Source: the human T2T-CHM13v2.0 reference genome, Homo sapiens. Taken from it: a stretch of 64,000 nucleotides of DNA. The notes under the pieces are model-generated. The model was not told the DNA's origin. It saw nothing but the letters and a program-made list of their open reading frames with translations, and did not search any database. Positions 47,837 to 59,100 of this stretch are shown piece by piece (position 1 is the first letter of the stretch; every line of letters begins with the position of its first letter). The stretch lies in NCBI RefSeq assembly GCF_009914755.1, contig NC_060927.1; one strand, written 5' to 3'. The position numbers were made by a program, and so were the translations under genes.

Positions 47837-50800
47837 ACAATGAGATCACATGGACACAGGAAGGGGAATATCACACTCTGGGGACTGTTATGGGGTGGGG
47901 GGAGGGGGGAGGGATAGCTTTGGGAGATATACCTAATGCTAGATGATGAGTTAGTGGGTGCAGCGCACCAGCATGGCACATGTATACATATGTAACTAAC
48001 CTGCACAATGTGCACATGTACCCTAAAACTTAAAGCATAATTAAAAAAAAAAGTCTAGTGGGAAGAGTGCTGTATTCGTTGAGAAGAAATGTCTTATTAA
48101 GTTTCCTGGGGTGAAGGGTGGATATTAAGGATATACTCAAGTAACAATGGATAATAATACAATTGCCACCAACAACTACAGCTGTTGCTCTCTGCCAGAT
48201 GCTATTCTAAGTGTGTTGCATATTTTAACTCATTTAGTCCACACAATGACCCTATGAGGAAGGTACTATTATTATCATCCCTTATGGGGAGTCTGGCTCT
48301 AAATTCTTCTGTTTGTTTAAACAGATGGGGAATTTGAAGTTCCAGGAGGAAGATGAAGGTGCTTTCAAGGCGGGAGAAGGTGCAAAAAGCAAGTCCCTGG
48401 GTGCCTTGTAGAGAAGGCGGTGTTGGTGTACAGTTTAAATAGGATGCCCAGTGTAGTGCACTCCAGCCGCTGTGGCTCCTCATGACCATCTGGAAAGCAT
48501 TTTGCCAGCGTGAGAGATTGGCAAAGAGACTCGGGCATCCGGAAGACTTAACCCACTGCACCTTGGTAGCTTTGTGCAGGGCATCCTCTGCCAGGATGTG
48601 GATGGAATCCCAGCTGTGAGCCCAGATTTGTAGTAAGGCCACCAGCTTGGGAAGGCTGGGAGAGGACAGGGAGGGGCTTTGCCACCCAGCCCAAGGTGGG
48701 AACCAGGACTCCTGTGTGGCACCAGGGTGTCCTCTGATGGGCAGTGGTCCAGCTGTCCTCCCAGCAGTGCCACGTCAGCATGACCGTCCACGCCTTGTCC
48801 AGGGATTCAGGGAGAGAAGAGCACTGCCACTTTGCTGTGGAAACAGACAGGTGTCCTTCTTTCCTCTGTCAAGGTGACGTTCGTGCATTTAAACAGAGCC
48901 CTCTGGGGATAGCTGTTCAACAACTCACCAATTAACCCTACAGAAATGACATCAATGTCTTTTCTTCATTTCATGCGTAATGCAAAGACTTCTGTGGGAA
49001 GGAGGAGACCCTGAGAGCCACACTTCAATCCTTCACACAATTTCCCTGTCTGTTCATATCATGGGGGATTTACAGCCAGACTAGTAATGTCTTATTACTT
49101 TCACATCGCAAATTTCTTCTCTTTCTCTATCAATATTTGACATTTGCACTTAGGTTTTAAACACATTTGCAATGATTTAGACGTATTTCTGCAGAAATGT
49201 ATTTTCACTCTTCTCATCAGGTATTTCCAGCTCCCAGCACCTGCTGCGCACTCCCTTCCCTGGCCTCCCTCAGCTGGCTCTGTCGTAGCCTTGCGCCTCA
49301 CTCTTGTGATGGAGCCGCCTGCTACAGACACTGCTCTTGCTGTCTTTCAGTGTCAGCTCAGCTCAGGGTTGAGGCCAAATTCACAGAACCCAGAGGATGG
49401 AAACAGCAGGGAACGTCCCTGCTGGGTTCTGAGAACAGCCTGGGGACCGGCTGCGATCTCTATCAGTGCTGGGTGTGGATATGTCCGTGCGCCAGGATGG
49501 CTTGGAGAGCAGGGTGGAGCAGCAGGGCCAAGGGAGGCTGACAGTGGGGGACTGGTCACTCATCTCCAGGTCCAGACCTCCAGGAGGGGCTCCTTTGGGG
49601 TCCTTGGTGTCCCTTCCTGACGGGCCCGGCTGTTTGGGGCACAGAGCAGGACCTCACAGAATGGGAGCCGAGCCAGAGCCCGAGCTGTCATCATTTGTCT
49701 TCTGCAGCAGTGCTGGGAGTTCCCTGTCCTCATGCCCACTCCTGACGTTCTCCCATGTGGATTTTAACTCTGCCCTGCATCTTTTGTTTTCTTGCAATCC
49801 CCCGCTATCCCTTCCAGCTCTCTTTTTACCTGGTCCTGGTGCCCTCCCACTACAGCCTGGGCTCTCTATTTCTTCCTTATTGAAAACAGCAGGGCGTTTC
49901 TCGTGCCCTCCCGGCCCCCCAGGGCACATCGAGATGTGCACTTTCCAGGAGTGTTTGAATGCTGCTCTCTTTGCCTCATTCTGCGTCTTTTGAACAAGCC
50001 CCATTTTCATCTCTGTTCATCACCAAATGAAGTGGGACCTACTCAGACATGGCCCCCACTCTCAGCCCTCTCTTGTGGGTTCAGATCGCCTCCTCATGCC
50101 TTCACTGTGCAGGTTGACATGTTCATTCCTCACAGGTTCCCCTGCCAGGCCTTGGATAGCCTGAACCAATATAACACAAGGAAAATGACAATTTTCCTGG
50201 AAGCCCTGGTCCTGAGGCTTTCTGCCTATGTCCCCTCTCCACCTCCCGGCTCTCACGGCCCCACATAGACTCTGGACCCTATTCACGAACAGACAGTGAT
50301 GGCATTGCAAGGGTTTGCTGTCTGCAGGAGTCAAGATTGTCATTTGCAGCCTTGGTTTCCCAACCAAGGCATCTTGGCTCCTACATAGGGCCTTTTGGCT
50401 CCTCTGTTCCCACAGAGTTTCCCTTCTTAATAATCTGCTGCCCCAGAAGTCTGGCTGCTGATCCCACACTTATCAGTGATGCCCTTTCTGAGAATGTGGA
50501 CGAGGCCATGGGGAGCTGAACTCACCTGGCACCACCAGACTTAGCCATGCTGCCAGCTCGTGGGAAGGGGGACCCACTGTGGGCACAGCTGGGACAAAAC
50601 AATGTGCTTACAATGGAAACTCCTGGCTGCCCTCTGCTCCTACCTCCTTGCCTTCTCCTGCAACATGTGCCCCACATTCCAGCTGTGCTCATGCTGCCCA
50701 GATGACGACTGCATTTTCCAGCCTCCCTGGCAGTGGATGAGGCTGAGTTACTGAGTTCCGGCCAACAGAATGGGAGTGGAAGTGAGTGTGCAAATCCCAG

Positions 50801-53118
50801 GAGGGCAGGGCAGAAACATGGCCCCTTGCCTGCTTCTCCCAGCTGGCCCAGTCCTGTGGAGCCAAGGGGCATTGGAGGAGCAACAAGAGCGAAGGAGGCT
50901 GGGTGCCCTGTACTCAGTCTGCTGTGCCAGCCCAGGCTGCTCCCTCTGAGACCATCTAAGCAGAGGAAAATAAACTGCTATGTTGTTTAAGCCACAAAGT
51001 TTGGGGATTTCTTTGTTATAGTAGCCTAACTCATACTCTACCTAGTACAGTGATCAGTAGATGGTACTTCCTTCCTCTCTGTGTGCCTTAGGGGCAGGCG
51101 GGTGGGTGGCACCATTATGGCTGGAGTTCCTGCTCTGCAGCCTTCCAGCTTCCACCTCTATTCCTCACCGTGGTGAGTCCAGGGCCCATCTCCACCTGCT
51201 TTTTCAGCTTGCAGGTCAACACAGCACTCCCCTTCCAGCCACAGAAATCACAGACGGTCAGAAAGGTGGTGGCATGGGGGTCTCTGAGGCAGGAGCCAGG
51301 CCAGGCACTGTAACAGACTCTCAACCCCCACCAGGGCCAAGGCAATGCTGACATTGGGGCTGCAGCAGGAACCCTGGGGGTGCCACACAGCTGGGCTCTG
51401 CATCCTGGGCTCTGCATCCAGAGTCACTTACCACGTGCCACCACGCTGTTGCCCGGGGCCTTTCACACTGCTCTGCAGGGCGAAGGAGCTGAAATCTAGA
51501 GAGGTCTAGGACACACATAAAGAGCTGGAGCCCAGGATCAACAGGCAGTGCGGCCCCATTATCCCTGTTCCCTGCACTGTGCTGTACTCTCCACGACTCA
51601 GCCAAGACCTCCAGGAGGCACACTCATCCCGGGGAGGTGCACCATATGTGTGCACGTACACACAATTCAGGTGCAAGCCTGGAAGCCCAGACTGAGGAGA
51701 CCACTAAGACCACCCCTTACACACACTCCCTGCCACAAGACAACAGCAGGATGTTGGGACACACACCCAGGGGAGGTGAGCAGCGTGTCCGGCCGGTCCT
51801 TGGCACAGAAGGTGCATATGCTCCCGAGGTTATTCCACGTCCCATGTCATCATCCTGACCAGACAACAATCCTCCCTGTCCCTCTGACGTACCTCTTATC
51901 TAGGGCTGAACTGCTTGTTTATGGATGAAGAAAGCCCACGTTAACAAGGCTGGAAATCAATGCCTTGCTTCCCTAGAGTGTGTTTGCCCACAGAGGGTAC
52001 ATCCGGTCAGGGGCAAAGGACAGAGGTCACTAGGCCCAGCCTCCTCCTCGGGACCATGGCCAGTCAGGATAGGATGTCCATCCTCCTATCAGCTGTGCTG
52101 TGTGCTGGGCGGCTGGTGAGAACAACGGCCTCTGCCCTCTGAGATGCACGACCTCACACAGACCCCCACATTCAGACATCTCTCTGCTGGGAGCCCATGG
52201 GTGCCCTACCCCCAGCCTCCAGATCTCCAAGGTTTTCACCAAGAAACACTTGACCCGACTTGCATCCAGTTCTTATAAAGCAAAGGATCCTTCTAGAAGG
52301 TTCTTGCTTCCCACTGCACATGACTGGGTGAACCAGGGCAGCCCTCTCTGTGTGTGTGTGCTTCATACCAGCTGAGCCACTGAAGCAGGCCCTGGTCAGC
52401 CTCCATTTCCTTGCCATTCCCTGTGGGGCTCATAGCCCCTCCTTGTGCTTGGGCCCCCACTTCCCCCAGGCTCCAGCCAGCACAGGACGTGTGGATGGGT
52501 CCAACCTCAACTGTGCAACCACACAGCGAAGACCCCAGGCATGTTGGGGAGTTAGGGACGATGGAGGACAGGACGTAACTGCATATACTGGCCTCTCCGA
52601 GTCTCACCTCTGCCTGCTCAGGATTCCTAACACTTTCACAATTACCCACGCCAGTAGGAAATGGCACAGCCACGTTCCTAAGGGGGTAAATACTCTGCCA
52701 AGGCACAGCAAACATATAGGGCATGTGTAATAGGTTTGGTGGACTGGATGGGGGTAGGAAGTGCAAGAAAGGGTCTCCGATAGCAGAGTAGGTGAGCCTC
52801 GCAGGACTGGCCAGGCCTGAGGCAGCTTCCCACAGGTGCTGTCGGAATGTGGGCTGGATTTGGGTTTACGGAGCTCCAGGTCAGGGAGCCGGGATGAGCA
52901 GAATCTCAGCAGCTGGCCTGGAGCTGAGCTGTATGGGAACCCTACCCTGCTGGACCGGGGCTGGACCCCAAGGGGCCTTTCTATCCCTCCAAATACAAAA
53001 CAGAGTTCCCTGAACTCTGCGAAGGTGGAGACATAGACTCGGCCCCAGAGTCACCTCCACATCCCGGCAAAGCAGGAAAACAGCACATGAATGCCAAAAG
53101 CTGTGAGTTCTTTTTCTT

Positions 53119-53124
53119 TTTATT
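53119..53124 (-). terminator. Polyadenylation signal AATAAA, probable main KLF15 site; further AATAAA hexamers at 53282-53277 and 53338-53333
   Basis: tttatt on the + strand, with upstream UGUA motifs and a downstream GU-rich tract. Confidence 0.8.
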
Positions 53125-53619
53125 GGCAAAGTAAATATATTTTTATGAAGGACCAAAGAAAATATACGTAATTGTAACATATGTACACCAGCTTCATAGA
53201 TTTTTTTAAATTTCAAATTTACACAAATGTTGATATGTTATTAAAAGATATTTTATGTGGATGGACCTATGTACAGTTTATTTACATACATTCATAGGAT
53301 GTGAAATAAACCTGTCAAAACAAGCTAGTTCATTTATTAATTTCTAGACAAAATAAGGAATGCATTTCTAAATCAGGGTTGGGAGGCTCTATCTAGTTCT
53401 CTCACACCCAGGACAGCCTGGCCCTCTCCTCCCAAGGCCACCCTAAAGGCTGGTGTCTGGATTTGTCTGGGAAACCGGAGGAGGGGACGAGCCCCTGGGT
53501 ACAGGCCCTTCTGGCTCTGTCTGCCCTGCACATTTAACTCAAGCACATGCACTGCCAGCCCCCTAGTGGGGGACGCTTTTCACCTCTCTCCCACATGAGG
53601 GCCCAGCAGCCCGGTCCTG

Positions 53620-53671
53620 CCCCCCACCCCCCCACCCCCCCCCCCACCCCCCCCCCACCCCCCCCCCCCCC
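53620..53671 (-). repeat. G-run array in the KLF15 3'UTR (mRNA G14-U-G10-U-G11-U-G7-U-G6)
   Basis: Direct count of C runs separated by single A on the + strand. Confidence 0.9.
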
Positions 53672-53953
53672 GGCTCCAGGGACCTGCCCACACCCTCTGG
53701 TGATCATGCTGAGCAGGCATCTTAGACAAAGCCACCCTCACACCACAGTGCAGCCCTGGACTTCTGGCCTACTTCCTTCTCCTCCAGCATGACTCTCTCT
53801 GGAAACCCAACATTTCAAAACTGCACATTTCATCTTCCCCTAGCACTAAAGTTCTGGCCTTGGCCCAGGATGGGGGAGCCCAGTGGGAGAAGGGCCAGGT
53901 CCCCAAAACTCTGCCTGCAACCAGCGGCTGCAGCAGAGGCCTGGCCACCGCGG

Positions 53954-53991
53954 GAAGGCACGAAGGCACGAAGGCACGAAGGCACGAAGGC
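53954..53991. repeat. 8-bp tandem repeat (GAAGGCAC)4.7 in the KLF15 3'UTR
   Basis: Four perfect copies plus gaaggc. Confidence 0.93.
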
Positions 53992-54226
53992 CTGCCTCCA
54001 GCCCCGTGCGCCTGGGGCCCAGCCCCCAGGGACGCGGGTTCGAGGCTCTAAGTACTCCCGAGAAAGGCAGCGGTTGGCGGGCCCTGGGTTCACACCTCCC
54101 AGGCTTCAGAAGGTGGGCTGGTAACATTGCCATGTCCCTCTGGAGGAGGCAAATAAATTATTGCTTAAAAAAATGGGGATGGGGTGGGGATCCGGGGTGA
54201 CGGACAGGCTGGGGTTCAGGGCGCTT

Positions 54227-54526
<300 letters not shown>

Positions 54527-54590
54527 CTACAGGATTAGGGGAGGGTCCCCCATCTACGTCGGTAAGGCTATACCAGTTCTCAAAATACCA

Positions 54591-54858
54591 TTTTTTTTTC
54601 TTTTTTTGAGACAGGCTGGAGTGCAGTGGCGCCATCACAGCTCACTGCAGCCTCCCGGGCTCAATCAATCCTCCTTAGCCTCCAGAGTAGCTAGGATTAC
54701 AGGTGTGCCCACCACACCCAGATAGTTTTTGTATTTTTTTTTAGAGACCAGGCCTCCCTATGTTGCCCAGGCTGGTGTCAAACTCCTGGGCTCAAGCGAT
54801 CAGGCTACTTCAGCTTCCCAAAGTGCTGGGATTAAAGGCGTGAGCCACTGTGCCAAGC
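54591..54858 (-). mobile_element. AluJ in KLF15 intron 2
   Basis: gctcactgcagcctcccgggctcaa...cccaaagtgctgggattaaaggcgtgagccactg. Confidence 0.87.
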
Positions 54859-55967
54859 TGCCCCTGCCACCCCTCCAAGATGGAAAGAACTACAGTAAAG
54901 GCTCATGCTGGCACAGTGGGCATTCTCTGTTGGGAACTGCCAGAGCAGCTGGTAAAAGCTCCCAACAGGAAAGGACCCCAATGCTACCAGGGACCAGGGC
55001 TTCCCTCCCACAGCCCACCCAGTGTGCAGGGGTCTCTGAGGCCACAGGTGCACTCAGTCGCTCAGGCCCTGATGCTGGCTGCCTCTCACCACCCTGGCCT
55101 CATCTACCCCACTGGACCAGAACTCCACAGGGGCATCTGTGAAGGCCTGTACAGGACCGCCCATCCGGAGGGGAAACGGAGGCCTGGGAGGAGGAAGCAG
55201 CACAGGGAGAGAGGTCCTCAGACTTGAGTCCACCCACTCCTGAAACCAGCTGTGCTGGAAGCTGGGCCCTCTAAGGCAGGCCCAAATAAAGATTGACCCT
55301 GCAAAGTGTATCTGGGAGTTCAGGTGGCTCCCGACATTTCGCTTTCTTGGCCCTGCTGGCCTGGGAGCAGGCACTCATGTGACAGTCAAGAGCCCAAGCT
55401 GCATCGAGGGCCTGGACTGCTTGCCACCAACCTCAGGGATTTGAGGCCCTCTCCACCCCTGGCTTGGCAGCAGGTCCCTCCCACCCCACCTACCCCTCCC
55501 ACGACACACTATCCCGCTCTGTGCTCCACCTGCATTGACCTTTCCTTGGTCCTTCTTGCCACAGGCCATTTGCACATACTGTTCCCTCTTTCTAGAATGT
55601 TCTTCCCTCCCCCTCCTTGCTCTCTCCTACCCATTCCTTAGAGCTCAGCTCGAATGTCACTTCCTTAGGAAATCCCTCCAGGACTGCATCCAATTCTAGG
55701 CTCCTGTGGCATTACACACCTCTCTCTCCTCATTCTTGCTGTTGTTTTGATTTTAAATTATCTTCAACTTTTTGATGACTGTCAGTCTGTCCCACTAGAC
55801 TGTCAGCTCCATGACAAAGGACATGTTTGTCTTGGTTCCCGGTGGTCTTCCCATGACCAGCCCAATGCCTGGTATATGGTAGGTGCTGAGGAGGTGGATT
55901 TCAATGCAAGAGTGGGCACAGCAAGCAGCCCTAGGGGGGCAGACACTGTCAAGGAGCAGTCCCAAAG

Positions 55968-56117
55968 CATGCACGCACACACACACGGACAAATACATGC
56001 CCACACATACAGGCACACAAACATACACGGACGAATATGTGCCCACACATACTCACACACACACACACACAGGCACAAATTCATGCCCCCATGTACTCAC
56101 GCACACACACACACACA
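55968..56117. repeat. (CA)n-rich simple repeat in KLF15 intron 2
   Basis: Direct reading. Confidence 0.85.
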
Positions 56118-59100
56118 GGGACACGAGGCCCAACACCCCTTTGTGGACCAGGGCCACCCAGCGAGAGGCGGTGCCCAGAGCAGCAGTTCCCACCCAGCAA
56201 TTGGTAAGGGCTGGTGATGCCCTGGCGCCCTGACCCTGTGGGTGGAAGAGCAGAAGGACCCAGCAGAACATGCTCTGGACAAGGCACAGGGGGTGGCAGG
56301 AGGGCCTGCAGGAGGAGACAGGAACTCCGACTCACATCACAGAGTGGTGGTGGCACCAGGCACAGGGCAGTGCTTTCAGCACATCTCCAGACTAGGTGAA
56401 GCCCAACTGCCCTGCCTGTCAGAGGAGGAAACTGAAGCTCAGGGTGCTGAGGGCCTGGTCCAGGTCACTGACAAGACAGGGCCCCTGAGGCTGGAGCAGA
56501 GGTCTTGACACAGCCCCCTGCCCTGGCAATGGCAGATGACCTGGACTCCCAGTCAGCAGAGCCCCCCAGCCTCCTGTACAGGCCTGGATGGGTGTGTGTG
56601 TCACAGGGCCCTGTGCCAGTGAGGAAATGGGATAAATGTGCCCTGGCAGTCAAAGCTGACACCTGTGCTCCTGGGCAGGACACCTGCCCCCAGCTGCAGC
56701 TGGGCACACAGCTTCTGAGCAGAGGAGCTGGCCCAGGGCAGGGGTAAGCAGAAAGCTGCAGACACAGAGTGCCACGCCTCCCAGGCTGCAGCCCTGGGGT
56801 CACCCAGCATCTCACTGGCCAGGGAACCAGGATGAAGCCAGCCCCATTGGACTGGCAAGACCATGGCAAGGGTTTAAAGAGGCCAAGTCACACAGCCCAG
56901 GGGACAGAGTCTCAGGCTCCTGCCTTGACAGTTCCCACCCCACTGGGTGCCCTGAATGGTCCTTTCTGGGCCTCAATTTCTTCATTCATCCAATGAAGAC
57001 TCTGGCATTCCTGCCCACCTTCCAAGACTCATCTCAAAGGCCACAGGTGGTGACGTGGGGCCACACAGATCTCTGGTCATGGTGACACCCTGGGAAGGAC
57101 AGGCAGATGAGATAGAACCAAGCTGGACAACATGCTGTCCTCACCTGAATTCCCTCCCTGCTGCCACAGGGTCCTGGCACCTGAGAGGAACTTCCCTGGG
57201 AACTGAGCCCTCAGAAGACCCCCTGCCTCACCCCTGCATGCCACATTCTCCCAAACAGCAGCCAACAGAGAGCCCTGGGGACTACAGTGGGGGATGTGGG
57301 AACCCGGTGGGTAAGATGCAGCCCTTGTAGGCAGTAAGCTCTGCCACTTACCAACCAGGCAAACTAGGAAAGTCACCAAGCTCCCTGAGCCTCAGTTTCT
57401 CTACCCAGACAAAGGGAGAACAAAAGACCTATTCCTGAGGACTGTGAGGATTGTACAAGGCAACCAGTAACGGTTTAGAGCCCTGCTTAGCACGTGGCAA
57501 TTATTCAAGAATGATGAGCTCTTATCACCTGCATGGAGTTGAGTGTTGGGCCTGGTTCCTGGTGGGTCCTGCTGCAGACAGGGCAGCACTATGATTTGTG
57601 CTGAGCTGTAGGGCAGAGGGTACACAGGGGTCCAGTGTCTCTCTAGAGCAGCTATAATGTCAGGGCTGGTGCATACAGCACTTCTGTATGAAGGCGTCCC
57701 TTCCTTGAGACACTAACCCTCATCCGCCAGACAACACCGCAAACAGTCCAGTCTCAGAAACTGCAATGGAAATGGTGCTCCCTAGAGTTGTGCAGTTCAC
57801 AACCTGCCCAACCATACTGGGGGCCTCTGCCTACAGAGGGAAGGAGGTCAGAAAAAGCCTCAATGCAGAGGGGTCATAAGAGCAGGCTGGGAGCCAGACC
57901 CCTAAGTTTGAATCCTGCACCTACCACCTCTTGGCTCTGACGCTCAAGAGGAGCCTGGAACTCCCCTTCTCTGTCCCCCACCACATCCACTGTGGACGAC
58001 AAAAGTACCCACCCTACAGGCTGATGACAGTTATTCATATTCATATTCACTGCAGCAGAAGGGATTCTTTCTGGATGGAATGGCTTGGCCATTCTGGAAC
58101 AGGACGTTCTGCTGCAAGGAACAAAGGATGCCTATGTCTGACAGTGAGGCAAGGAAACTTCTAGGAAGGCAGGCAAGCAGCACTTCCCAGACGGCTGGAT
58201 CAGAACAGGGAAAGCCTGCTCTCAGCCCTGTTGAGGGTGCCAAAATCATGTCACCAGAGAAGGGACAGGGAGTACTCTTAGGACCAAAAGCAGAAGGAAG
58301 TGGAGGCTGAGTACCTGGGCAGGTGACGACCTCAGCAGTGGAGGGAGGGCACTGTCCATTACACAGAGGTACGAGGGGGCTGAGGGGCCCTGGCTTGTTC
58401 TCCGAGCACAGGACATGGTACTAGGCCAGAGCCAGCCTGGGCAGAAAGAGCATCCCATTCATCTAGGCCACCAGGAAGAAGAGACGCGGCCTGGGAGTGG
58501 AGAGCTCCCCCATGGGGAGTAGGTGAGTGTGTAGAGCTGCCACCCCAAAGACCAGGCTGAGCTGCAGATGGAGGTGGAGGTTCCCAACACCAGAGTTAGC
58601 ACCCAACACCGGGGTGCAGAGGGAGGTCCCTGATTCTGGGCAGACAGCCTCAGCTGAACTCCTGGCTCTGGGGCTTACTGGCTGGCTGACTGGAGAATTT
58701 ACCTAACTCTTCTGTGCTTTAATTCTCTCCTCTGTGAAATAGGGACAACATGCTGATGCCTACTAATTTTGAGAATTACGTAAATTAATATGTGTGAATT
58801 TTGCTCAGAGCAGTGCCAAGTATGCATTAGAGGCCCTGGTTATTATCTCGATTGTGGTCGTTAGCTCTTTTCCCATAGCCCAGAAGCATAATGCCTTTTG
58901 GGCCGACCTCTTGGTGGGAGACTGGAGGCACACATGGCGACTCTGATACCAGCTAGGACCACCAGGTGGCCAGAGCAGGGCTCTGCTAGGGCTTAGTCAT
59001 GCAACCCAGATCCTTGCTCACTAGCTATGTCCCTGTGGGCATGTGACGTGAGCAGTCTGTGCCTCAGTTTCCCTCTCTGTAAAATGAAGATTGGTGCCTA

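Larger units (their letters stand above)
53100..54226 (-). other. KLF15: KLF15 3'UTR (end approximate)
   Basis: Follows the stop codon. The AU-rich distal part ends in AATAAA at 53124-53119, followed by a U/GU-rich element (cttttggcattcatgtgctgttttcctgct, ~53100-53071). Confidence 0.85.
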
